From Akkermansiaceae bacterium (GTDB taxonomy: Bacteria; Verrucomicrobiota; Verrucomicrobiia; Verrucomicrobiales; Akkermansiaceae), in contig JBMHCQ010000025.1 in assembly GCA_049889835.1 (NCBI GenBank), positions 15,744 through 79,743 of the forward strand: DNA of 64,000 nucleotides. Reading direction: 5' to 3'. The position numbers and the translations under genes were made by a program. Below the pieces are notes generated by a model. The model was not told the origin of the DNA, did no database searches, and saw only the letters and a list, made by a program, of their open reading frames with translations. Below, one piece after another: positions 45,715 to 54,733 of this stretch (position 1 is its first letter; each line of letters begins with the position of its first letter).

Positions 45715-47232
45715 ATGGCCAAGCCTAAAAACGCAATCTCCCCCACCCGCACCGAGAACTTTCCCGAGTGGTATCAGCAGGTCGTCCGCGCCTCTGATCT
45801 CGCCGAGAATTCCGAGACCCGGGGGTGCATGGTGATCAAGCCCTGGGGATTTGCGATTTGGGAAGCGATTCAGCGCGATCTCGACTCTCGCTTTAAAGCC
45901 ACCGGCCACGAGAACGCTTACTTCCCCCTTCTCATTCCCCTTTCTTATCTCGAGAAGGAGGCCGAACACGCCGAAGGCTTTGCCACTGAGTGCGCGGTGG
46001 TCACCCACCATCGGCTGGAGGCCGAAAAAGGCGAAGACGGTAAAACCAAGATGATCCCGACGGGAGAACTCACCGAACCCTATGTCATCCGCCCGACTTC
46101 CGAAACCATCATCGGGGCTGCGTTCTCCCGCTGGGTTGAATCCTACCGCGACCTCCCCCTTCTGATTAATCAGTGGGCCAACGTCATGCGCTGGGAGATG
46201 CGCCCGCGCCTTTTCCTCAGAACAGCCGAATTTCTCTGGCAGGAAGGTCACACCGCTCACGAGACGAAAGAAGAGGCGATCGAGGAAACGCGTATGATCC
46301 ACCAACTCTACTCGGACGCTCTCCGCGACCTTCTCGCGATTCCTGTCATCATGGGAGAGAAGACCGAAGCCGAGCGCTTCCCCGGAGCCGACATGACCCT
46401 TACCGTCGAGGCCATGGTGCAGGATAAAAAAGCCATTCAAGCCGGAACCTCCCACTACCTCGGGCAAAATTTCGCAAAAGCTCAGAAGATCACCTTTGTC
46501 GACCGCGAGAACAAAGACCAGTTCGTCCACACCACTTCCTGGGGAGTCTCGACCCGTCTCGTCGGAACCCTCATCATGGCGCATTCGGATGACGACGGCC
46601 TCGTCCTTCCTCCCCGGATTGCACCGCAGCAAATCGTGATCATCCCCGTCACGCCCAAGGAAGACACCAAGCAGGAAATCATCGACGCCTGCCACGCCCT
46701 TGCCGAAGCCCTCCGACTCGAAAAATCCTACGGCGGAGAAGCCCTTCGCGTCAAAGTCGATGACCGCGACCTCGGCGGCGGAGTTAAAAAGTGGGAGTGG
46801 GTCAAAAAAGGAGTTCCTCTTCGGGTTGAGATCGGCCCGCGTGACCTCGCCGAGCGAAAAGTTTGCCTTCAGCGCCGCGACCAGGCGGCCAACGAAAAGA
46901 GCTTCCTCGCAAAAGAAGACTTCCTCCGCGATGTCGAGGAAACCCTCGATGCCGTTCACCAGTCCCTTCTTGAAAAAGCACGCTCCCTCCGTGAGGACAA
47001 CATCACCGAGTGTGACGACCTTCCTGCTTTTGAAGCTCACTGGAAAACTGAAGACCCTGGCTGGCTCCTGACTCCTTGGGCAGGAACACGAGAAGAAGAG
47101 GAAACTCTCTCCAAAAAGCACCGTATCACCGTCCGCTGCCTCCCTCTCGATCAGCAGGACGAACCGGACGCTCCCTGCGTCCTCACCGGCCAACCCACCA
47201 AGTCCCGCGCCCTTTGGGGTCGGAGTTACTAA
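45715..47232 (+). CDS. proS: prolyl-tRNA synthetase (archaeal/eukaryotic-like type), 505 aa
   Basis: FPEWYQQVVRASDLAENSETRGCMVIKPWGFAIWEAIQ..., FLRTAEFLWQEGHTAH, SWGVSTRL. Confidence 0.92.
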   Translation: MAKPKNAISPTRTENFPEWYQQVVRASDLAENSETRGCMVIKPWGFAIWEAIQRDLDSRFKATGHENAYFPLLIPLSYLEKEAEHAEGFATECAVVTHHRLEAEKGEDGKTKMIPTGELTEPYVIRPTSETIIGAAFSRWVESYRDLPLLINQWANVMRWEMRPRLFLRTAEFLWQEGHTAHETKEEAIEETRMIHQLYSDALRDLLAIPVIMGEKTEAERFPGADMTLTVEAMVQDKKAIQAGTSHYLGQNFAKAQKITFVDRENKDQFVHTTSWGVSTRLVGTLIMAHSDDDGLVLPPRIAPQQIVIIPVTPKEDTKQEIIDACHALAEALRLEKSYGGEALRVKVDDRDLGGGVKKWEWVKKGVPLRVEIGPRDLAERKVCLQRRDQAANEKSFLAKEDFLRDVEETLDAVHQSLLEKARSLREDNITECDDLPAFEAHWKTEDPGWLLTPWAGTREEEETLSKKHRITVRCLPLDQQDEPDAPCVLTGQPTKSRALWGRSY

Positions 47233-47309
47233 GGTCTGACTCCCATCCAAAAGAGCCCCCTCATTTTTCCGACAAGACAGGCTCTCTTTCTGCGTTATAA
47301 ATCACTCAG

Positions 47310-50300
47310 ATGATTCGGTGGTTCACGCGCAATGATATCGCGGCAAATTTTTTGCTGATCGCGATCCTGCTTGGGGGCATTTTTACCGCTTACAACAAGA
47401 TCACCCTCGAGGTGAATCCGTCGCAGGACTATCCTGAGGTCGACATCAAGATGACCTATCGCGGGGGGAGCCCGAAAGATGTCGAGGAACACGTCATTCT
47501 CCCCATCGAACGCGTCCTAAAAGACGTGCAGGGAATCAAACAAGTCCGCGCACGCGCTTCGCGAGGCTCGGCAAACTTTGATATCACCCCAGAGAAAGGA
47601 ATGGATCTCGAGGAACTCAAAGACGAGATCGAGGCTCGGGTGAATCAAATCAACACCTTCCCCGGAGAAACGGAACGCCCCCGGATTGAAATCCCTCACA
47701 CTTCTGACTGGAGAGAAGTGGTCACGGTTGCGGTCACCGGCGATCTCAGCGAGATGGAGCTCTACCGTCTCGCGCGGCGCGTCGAGGAAGACATTCTCAA
47801 CCTTCCCGATGTCTCCCGCACTGATATGCGTGGCAATCACCCCCTCGAAATCGCAATCGAGGCTGATGACGAGAAGCTCCGCGATCACGGCCTATCCATA
47901 CAAGATCTTGGCAATGCCATCCGCCGTTCTTCAGTCGCTCTTTCCGCGGGCTCGGTCCGCACCACTGCAGGATCATTCATGATCAGGACCGATGGGCAGG
48001 CCTACGATCCCGAGGAGTTCGGAAAAATCGTCGTCACCTCCGCCGATGGGGCCGAACTCAAAATCTCTGACCTCGCAACCCTGAGTGATGGATTCGACAA
48101 CAAGGAAAACACCCTTCGATTCAATGGGAAGAAGGCACTCTTTATCGACATTCTTCAGGCACCCGGTGAGAGCGCGATCAAGATTTCGGATTCGATTCGG
48201 GACTATATCAAGGAATCCGAATCCCGCTTCCCGGCCGGAATTAAGCTGGAACTTTGGGATGATGAATCCGCCCGGATTCGCGGCCGCCTCTCTACTCTTG
48301 GAAATTCATTAATGATGGGCGGCGTGCTCGTCCTCATCGTGCTAGGCCTCTTTCTTCGCCCCATGCTTGCCCTCTGGGTGGTGATTGGAATCCCGGTCAG
48401 CTTTGCCGGTGGCGTGATCATGATGCCTTACTTTGGTCTCACCGCGAACACGATGAGCCTCTTCGGATTCATCATCGTCCTCGGGATCGTGGTCGATGAT
48501 GCTATCATCACCGGGGAAAATATCTACACCCGACTCCGTGACGACCTCACCCCCCTGGATGCCGCAGTCAAAGGAACCAAGGAAGTCGCCACCCCTGTCA
48601 CCTTCGGGGCAATCACGACGGTTGTCGCCTTCGTGCCACTCATGTTTTTCGACGGCTACTGGTCCACCTGGACAACGCAAATCCCCCCGGTGGTCGCGAG
48701 CGTACTGGTCTTTTCGCTGATCGAATCAAAGCTCATCCTTCCATCCCACCTCAAGCATCTGCGCACGCATCGGAACACCCAAAAACTCGGCGCCTTCGCC
48801 CGCTTTCAAAAAAAATTCGCTGACGGACTTGAGGCCGCTGTTCGCAAATATTACGCCCCCTCGCTCCGCCTAGCCGCCAAACATCGCTACAGCACTCTCG
48901 CGATTTTTGTCGCTCTTGCAGCGCTTTGTTTAGGAGTACGAAACGGCGGAAAACTGGGCTTTGTTGCCATGCCCGTTATTGAACGGAACATCATCAGCTC
49001 CCGTCTCTCGATGCTTGGTAACACTCCTTTTGAAAAAACGGATGCGGCCGTGCTTCACGTTGTCTCCAAGGCAGAGGAAATTCAACGGGAACTGATCGAC
49101 CCCGGCACCGGAAAATCTCTCATTCTCAACATCATGAGCGATTCCGGCTCAGGCCGCCACGGCCGGGGAACAGACGCTGAACGAGGAAGTGTCTACATGG
49201 AAATTCTCGCTCCCGACAAGCGGAGTGAGCCCGGCCCGAGCAATGATGAAATCGTCCGCATGTGGAACGAAAAAGTCGGCAAAATCAAAGGCATGCGGGA
49301 TTTCCATGCTTACGGAGCATTCGGAGGCCGTCGCCGTGGTGGTGATGACATGGAGTCCCTGGAAATCCAGCTGCGTGGTCCGGCCAGCGAAGAAAAAGAA
49401 CTCATCGCCGAGGAAATCGAAAATCTTTTCGAGAGCCACCCCGACATTGAGTGGGCGCATGCCGAAACCGAAGGAGATCGTCAGGAACTTGCCGTCAAGC
49501 TCAAGCCCGCTGCTCTGGAGCTTGGGATCACCCAGCGCGATCTCGCTCGCCAGATCCGACAGGCTTTCTACGGAGAGGAAGTTCAACGCATTCAGCGTGA
49601 GGGTGATGAACTCCGCGTGATGGTCCGCCTGCCCGAGGAAAAACGGGAATCCCTTCATACCTTTGAGCAACTTAACGTGCAGGCCCCCGACGGCACGAAC
49701 ATCCCCTTCAGCACTGTCGCCGCAGCGGTATTTCAGCCGGCCCCCGGATCAATCGAACGCATCAACGGGGCGCAAGTCAGCGAAATTTACGCCGGGCCGA
49801 AATCCCGTGAGGTCGATATTGTTTCCATCGCCAAAGAGCTTGAGCCTCAGATTTCCGAAATTGTCGGACGTTCCTCAAACCTCGGTTGGGTCTGGGACGG
49901 ATACATCAAGGAAGATCGTGAAACCGGCAACCGCTACAATTGGCTCTTTGGAGGACTCATGGTTGCGCTCTACGCTCTTCTCGCCATCCCCTTCCGCTCT
50001 CTGCTTCAGCCTTTTGTCGTTCTTCTTGCCGTTCCCTTTGGAGTCATTGGCGCCTACGGAGGTCACTACCTCATGGATGTCACTCCGTCTTGGCTTTCCG
50101 TCTTCGGAATCATGGCCCTCGCCGGAGTTGTGGTGAACGATTCCTTGGTATTGGTCGACTTCATTAACCGACGTCGCGAGGAAGGGATGGCGCTCAAGGA
50201 GGCTGTTATGATCTCCGGAGTAAAACGATTTCGCCCCATTTTCCTGACCTCGATTACGACCTTTGTGGGATTAGTCCCCCTCATGTTCGACCGCGCCCTC

Positions 50301-50468
50301 CATGCCCAGTTCCTGAAGCCCATGGCCATCTCACTGGGATACGGGATCCTCTTCGCAACTGCGATCACGCTGTTTCTGATCCCCGCGGCATATTTGGTTC
50401 TTGAAGACCTCAAGCGCGTCTTTGGTAAAGCCTTCGGCTGGTATACCAGCCCCTTCAAAGAGGACTAA
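47310..50468 (+). CDS. RND-family efflux transporter (AcrB-like inner-membrane component), 1052 aa
   Basis: N-terminal MIRWFTRNDIAANFLLIAILLGG, two large periplasmic loops, 12-TM layout, and GIVVDDAIITGENI / GVVVNDSLVLVDF motifs. Confidence 0.9.
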   Translation: MIRWFTRNDIAANFLLIAILLGGIFTAYNKITLEVNPSQDYPEVDIKMTYRGGSPKDVEEHVILPIERVLKDVQGIKQVRARASRGSANFDITPEKGMDLEELKDEIEARVNQINTFPGETERPRIEIPHTSDWREVVTVAVTGDLSEMELYRLARRVEEDILNLPDVSRTDMRGNHPLEIAIEADDEKLRDHGLSIQDLGNAIRRSSVALSAGSVRTTAGSFMIRTDGQAYDPEEFGKIVVTSADGAELKISDLATLSDGFDNKENTLRFNGKKALFIDILQAPGESAIKISDSIRDYIKESESRFPAGIKLELWDDESARIRGRLSTLGNSLMMGGVLVLIVLGLFLRPMLALWVVIGIPVSFAGGVIMMPYFGLTANTMSLFGFIIVLGIVVDDAIITGENIYTRLRDDLTPLDAAVKGTKEVATPVTFGAITTVVAFVPLMFFDGYWSTWTTQIPPVVASVLVFSLIESKLILPSHLKHLRTHRNTQKLGAFARFQKKFADGLEAAVRKYYAPSLRLAAKHRYSTLAIFVALAALCLGVRNGGKLGFVAMPVIERNIISSRLSMLGNTPFEKTDAAVLHVVSKAEEIQRELIDPGTGKSLILNIMSDSGSGRHGRGTDAERGSVYMEILAPDKRSEPGPSNDEIVRMWNEKVGKIKGMRDFHAYGAFGGRRRGGDDMESLEIQLRGPASEEKELIAEEIENLFESHPDIEWAHAETEGDRQELAVKLKPAALELGITQRDLARQIRQAFYGEEVQRIQREGDELRVMVRLPEEKRESLHTFEQLNVQAPDGTNIPFSTVAAAVFQPAPGSIERINGAQVSEIYAGPKSREVDIVSIAKELEPQISEIVGRSSNLGWVWDGYIKEDRETGNRYNWLFGGLMVALYALLAIPFRSLLQPFVVLLAVPFGVIGAYGGHYLMDVTPSWLSVFGIMALAGVVVNDSLVLVDFINRRREEGMALKEAVMISGVKRFRPIFLTSITTFVGLVPLMFDRALHAQFLKPMAISLGYGILFATAITLFLIPAAYLVLEDLKRVFGKAFGWYTSPFKED

Positions 50469-50661
50469 ATTGACTTCGTTTGAGCCCGTCGCCTTCGTCG
50501 GTCGGAGAAAAAACCTGAAATCTCTTGAAGGTGCTCTCTCTCCCAAAAATCTGGGATTAATTATAAGGGAAGTGAAATTTTTAACATTTGTTAAGGATTT
50601 TTCTGGAAGTTTTTAAATTATGTGAGTAAGTTCTTTGAGTAAGCAAAATCCTTCATCCGTT

Positions 50662-51282
50662 ATGGCTACCACTACTCAACGCAAACAGCATCTCAATCTC
50701 GTTGAATCCCAAATGGAAATGGCACCGACTGCACCCGGAATTTCCACTGATTTTGAGGGCAAACTCGAGGACGCTCAGCAACAGCTCGAATATCTCCACC
50801 AACAGCGTGAGAAACTCGAGCGTCAAAAAATCGCTCTCGAAGAGCTCAATCAGCGTAAACAGGATTTCATGCACGGTCAGGTCGACCTCACAGAAAAGCT
50901 CTCCAGCGCCATCAACTCGATGGATCGCGAACTTTTTGAATCCAAACAGGACATCGAAGACATGGAGCAGGCTCGAGTTTCTTTCGCCACGCATCTTCAG
51001 AGGATCGAGGCCCTCAATTCAGACTCCTGGTCGAAGGAAGAGCTTCGGGATGAACTTGAGAAAGCGATTTCCATCCTTAAGCGCGCTGATGATGAATATG
51101 ATCAAGCTGTCTCCCACTTCTCGGGAGCACATCGTGGCAGTGGAATCTTCGGGCCAAGCACAGGGCGCAATCCGCGTGCTGCTGGTGGCGATTTTTCGAC
51201 AATGATGAGAAACGGCCTCGCCTTCAATCTTCCGGTAATCATCCTTGGCTCTGTAGCTCTTATGGTATATCTTCTTCGCTAG
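50662..51282 (+). CDS. tail-anchored coiled-coil protein, 206 aa from ATG (the track starts at TTG 50635)
   Basis: Long heptad-like stretch (LEDAQQQLEYLHQQREKLERQKIALEELNQRKQDF...), a Gly/Arg-rich linker, and a single C-terminal TM (LAFNLPVIILGSVALMVYLL) ending 1 residue before the stop. Confidence 0.65.
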   Translation: MATTTQRKQHLNLVESQMEMAPTAPGISTDFEGKLEDAQQQLEYLHQQREKLERQKIALEELNQRKQDFMHGQVDLTEKLSSAINSMDRELFESKQDIEDMEQARVSFATHLQRIEALNSDSWSKEELRDELEKAISILKRADDEYDQAVSHFSGAHRGSGIFGPSTGRNPRAAGGDFSTMMRNGLAFNLPVIILGSVALMVYLLR

Positions 51283-51291
51283 ATAGTCATT

Positions 51292-51636
51292 ATGGCTTTA
51301 CTAAAATCCAAACTCCACGAGCCTCCGCCTGTCGAAAACGAGGCTGATGTGATTGCTTCGCGGATCGCAGATTTGGAACAGCTTATCGAGGAAGCTCCCC
51401 GCCAACTGGAAGAGAAACTGGAGTTGGAACGCACCATGATGCCAGCTCCGGACGACCTTGCGGACCGGGATCGGGAACGTAAGTTCTATGCCGAGCTCTC
51501 CCGTGGCGAACTCCAAAACGAGCGCCGCTACCGTGCTCGCAGTACCGTTCTTTTCACGCTCACCGTCACCGCCACCCTCTCAGTCTGCTGGTGGATCTAC
51601 GCCGAGCTTCAGCGCGCTGGAGTCTTAAATTTCTGA
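51292..51636 (+). CDS. tail-anchored small coiled-coil protein, 114 aa
   Basis: Helical acidic segment (ADVIASRIADLEQLIEEAPRQLEEKLELERT), a basic juxtamembrane RRYRAR, and a C-terminal TM STVLFTLTVTATLSVCWWIY. Starts 9 nt after the preceding gene. Confidence 0.6.
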   Translation: MALLKSKLHEPPPVENEADVIASRIADLEQLIEEAPRQLEEKLELERTMMPAPDDLADRDRERKFYAELSRGELQNERRYRARSTVLFTLTVTATLSVCWWIYAELQRAGVLNF

Positions 51637-51654
51637 GCACCTACTTGATTCTCA

Positions 51655-51686
51655 AACCTCCGTGCATGTTTTATCGGGGGTTTTTT
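51655..51686 (+). terminator. intrinsic terminator after the tail-anchored pair
   Basis: AACCTCCG (51655-51662) pairs with CGGGGGTT (51675-51682, one G-U pair). T-run to 51686. Confidence 0.6.
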
Positions 51687-51801
51687 GTGCCCTCAGAAAA
51701 AGCCAGCCGAGAAGCACTTCGGTGTCGCTTCCCCAGTATTTGAGCGCCCCTTGATTTTAAAATCCAGAGGCCGACTCGTCCAGTTCTTGTGGCCATTCCA
51801 A

Positions 51802-52377
51802 ATGAGAATCCAAGATAGGTTTGTTGAGCGAAATGAGCCATTGTATCCTCACCGCATGACGGAGCTTGTGCTCAACGAAGAGATCTACCAACGTGTCGTG
51901 GTCGAGATGATCCCACGTGCTTCTCAGTTTCTCTGGATCGTCACCGCAGACATCAAAGATCTCCACGTTAAGAAGGGGCGTCGCTTCGTCCCTCTTCTCG
52001 CAATTTTATCCGATCTCGTGAACGAAGGCGTTGCTGTCCGTCTTTTCCATGCCAAGGAACCGGGGCCTCGGTTTCGCAGGGATTTCGACCGCTATCCCGC
52101 TCTCATCACGTCCGATCTTTTCGAGCGCATCCTCTGCCCCCGGATTCATACCAAGGCCATCATCATCGATGGCAAGGAGGCCTTTATCGGCTCCGCCAAT
52201 CTGACCGGTGCCGGGGTCGGCGCCAAAAGCCCACTGCGTCGAAACTTCGAAGCCGGATTTATCTCCGACGATCCCAAGCATCTCGAACCTCTTCTCGAAT
52301 GGATCGACCAACTCTACCTCGGCGATTTTTGTCAGCAATGCGGTCGTCGCGAGCACTGCCCTGATCCCATTGCCTGA
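51802..52377 (+). CDS. single-HKD phospholipase D-superfamily (Nuc-like) protein, 191 aa from the first ATG
   Basis: HKD motif HTKAIIIDGKEAFIGSANLTGAG. C-terminal Cys/His cluster CQQCGRREHCPD. The track ORF begins at TTG 51685, inside the upstream terminator, so ATG 51802 is preferred. Confidence 0.75.
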   Translation: MRIQDRFVERNEPLYPHRMTELVLNEEIYQRVVVEMIPRASQFLWIVTADIKDLHVKKGRRFVPLLAILSDLVNEGVAVRLFHAKEPGPRFRRDFDRYPALITSDLFERILCPRIHTKAIIIDGKEAFIGSANLTGAGVGAKSPLRRNFEAGFISDDPKHLEPLLEWIDQLYLGDFCQQCGRREHCPDPIA

Positions 52378-52389
52378 CCGAAGAGCCGC

Positions 52390-54651
52390 CTACTTTGCTT
52401 CCAACTGCAGAAACTGATTCAAATCTGTTTTTTTTAAGCCCGGTCCCCGCAAGAATGGGATCAGGACCGGACGAGGCATCCCGGTAAGATGATCAAACCG
52501 AATCGGGTAGCATTCTCCCTCTTGGATTTGAATCTTCACCCACTGCTCCGACTCGTCGTTCGGCGTGTCAGAAATCAGCTTCTCCGCGCTCCCCCATAGA
52601 CCGTTTTGATCAAGATCGAGATAAAGGCTCGCGTGCCCACTTTGGGTTTTCAGTCCAATTTCATATTCCCCTGTTCCGGGAGCGACGAAATAACTCGTCG
52701 TCATTTGCCCCCGGATATCGACATTCCGCATCAATCCACGCACCATCGGCATCTCGTATTCCTTGACGATCTTCTCCTTTGGAAACCTCTCAAGATCGGG
52801 GACCGGCCGCTTCGTTTTACGTGGCAAGTCATATTCCACCACCTTCACTCGCATCGGCCAGTTGTTGTAGAATTGCCAAGTCGTCCCATCGACCGCCTGT
52901 CCACCCTCGGTGAAAAGTTGAGCACGGAGACTAAAGCCACCCGACTTTTCAAGGTCCTGCTCGAAGGCCTTACTTTTCACCGTCGGTCTCTCAGCCGGAG
53001 GAAAACGCATGTAGCTCATCTGATCCTGAAACCCTCCTTCGGTGAATCGAATCGTCCCCTTAAGACGAGTGCGGTTGATCATATTGATCTTCACCTTTTC
53101 CCCTTCGTAGGAGCGATACATGTCAAAAACGGGCTCTTCAGAGCCTCCCTCCCCGGGAAGAATCGCCACCGGCTGCACGATGGGGATGATTCTCGACTCC
53201 ACGGCGCGATACCTTCTTTGAAACTCCTCAAACGAATCAGTGTTGGGATTCCACAAGCGCTCCGCAAGCACCGGAAGTCTTTCTCTCAGTTGATTCATCA
53301 CACTTTGCTCCGCTTGTTCCCAAAAAAGCATCTGACCGCCGATCACCTGATCTTCTTTGCCGATCGAACTCACCTTCCATTCCGCCTGATTTGAAATTTC
53401 ATAGACCGGGCGACCGGGCTCCCAATGCATGAAGGTATTCTTATCCCACTGGTAGAGATCCTGCGGCGTGAACTTTCGCCCACCACTCGAACCTGGATGA
53501 AAAACTCCACTGCCAATCCCGCCCACAATATAAGTAGGCTTCCAGGAAGCATTGACGATTTGATAACCGTTTTTAAGAAGATCCCACGGAGCATTGTAGG
53601 TGGACTCCCAGGCGACGACGATGATTCGATCATCTCCGGCGGGAGGGAGTTGCTCCACAGGCGCGCCATGAAATCCCTCCCAAACAAGTAGGCGTTTCCC
53701 ACGCTTGCGGACATGCTGGTTCATCGACTGTAAAAATGGCACCAGCGCAGAACCGGCCGCACTTTCATCTCCCCCGATATGGAAATAGGGAGAGGTGTGA
53801 AAGACCGCAAGCATGTCATCGATGATGGCGTGAATCCGTTTGTAGTTTTCGGGCGAAGCCACATCAGCATCATTCTCATCAGGAGATAAATAGTCAGCCT
53901 GCTTCAAGCGTGACGAGTGTCCGGGAAGATCGAGCTCCGGAATAATCGTCACGCCCCGTGTTTCAGCATATGTGACAAGCTTCACCAATTCCTCGCGCGT
54001 GTAGGAATAATTGTTTTTTACCTTCGAAATAATCGGCTCAAAAGGAAAGGTGAAATGCTGATCATCGGTGAGATGCAGCTGGAGATATTTAACTTTGTAG
54101 AGTCGGCACAAGCGGACGACATCTTTAACGACACCAATCGAATGAGGCATCCGTGCAACATCAAGCATCATCGTCCGAAAATCCGCTGCCGGGTGGTCCT
54201 TTACCCTTAAGGCCATGACTTTGGATTTCCCATCCCGATCCTGATCCCGGATCGCTTGCAGAAGAGTCGCAGTTCCATAGGAAATTCCTCTCATAGAAGA
54301 GGCCGTGACTTTCACTTGATGTCTCCCCGAAAGGAACAAGTAAGCTTCCTCGTGTTTGAACTCGCCTTCGGCAGCGACAATTTCCAGCACCACATCTCCT
54401 TGGTCGCCCTTTCCCGATACGACCGCAGGGCGCAGCCCAGTCAGAATTTCAATCTCACCAGCCAGAGCCTCGGCATGATCCCGCAGTGACTTTTCACCAA
54501 TAACAATCCGGGTATTTTCCCCAAAAATAAAAAACCCCGAGCGTAAACGCTCTACTTTGTTGGGCTTGGGGACAAATTCGGGGACATCCATTTCGCTACT
54601 AAACAGAAGACCAGAGACAGCGAAGAAGAGCGAGAGCAGAAGATGATTCAT
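52390..54651 (-). CDS. glycoside hydrolase family 20 beta-N-acetylhexosaminidase-like, 753 aa
   Basis: Signal peptide. VTIIPELDLPGHS and FHIGGDE are GH20 catalytic-region motifs. There is an extra C-terminal beta-rich domain. Confidence 0.85.
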   Translation of the reverse strand: MNHLLLSLFFAVSGLLFSSEMDVPEFVPKPNKVERLRSGFFIFGENTRIVIGEKSLRDHAEALAGEIEILTGLRPAVVSGKGDQGDVVLEIVAAEGEFKHEEAYLFLSGRHQVKVTASSMRGISYGTATLLQAIRDQDRDGKSKVMALRVKDHPAADFRTMMLDVARMPHSIGVVKDVVRLCRLYKVKYLQLHLTDDQHFTFPFEPIISKVKNNYSYTREELVKLVTYAETRGVTIIPELDLPGHSSRLKQADYLSPDENDADVASPENYKRIHAIIDDMLAVFHTSPYFHIGGDESAAGSALVPFLQSMNQHVRKRGKRLLVWEGFHGAPVEQLPPAGDDRIIVVAWESTYNAPWDLLKNGYQIVNASWKPTYIVGGIGSGVFHPGSSGGRKFTPQDLYQWDKNTFMHWEPGRPVYEISNQAEWKVSSIGKEDQVIGGQMLFWEQAEQSVMNQLRERLPVLAERLWNPNTDSFEEFQRRYRAVESRIIPIVQPVAILPGEGGSEEPVFDMYRSYEGEKVKINMINRTRLKGTIRFTEGGFQDQMSYMRFPPAERPTVKSKAFEQDLEKSGGFSLRAQLFTEGGQAVDGTTWQFYNNWPMRVKVVEYDLPRKTKRPVPDLERFPKEKIVKEYEMPMVRGLMRNVDIRGQMTTSYFVAPGTGEYEIGLKTQSGHASLYLDLDQNGLWGSAEKLISDTPNDESEQWVKIQIQEGECYPIRFDHLTGMPRPVLIPFLRGPGLKKTDLNQFLQLEAK

Positions 54652-54733
54652 CGTGAATTTGATACCTTTCTACTCCGCTGGCCGGAGTCATCTATCGCTC
54701 AGAAAAAAACGTACCGCCCTAGGAATGAGAAGC

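Noticed and set aside
44069-47250. Two very long minus-strand ORFs (44069-45634, 521 aa; 45664-47250, 528 aa).
   Set aside because: They lie exactly antisense to metG and proS, whose identities are unambiguous (HIGH/KMSKS motifs and class II ProRS motifs). Their translations are G/E/V/F-rich low-complexity strings with no motifs. They are stop-free shadow frames produced by the strong codon bias of the sense genes.
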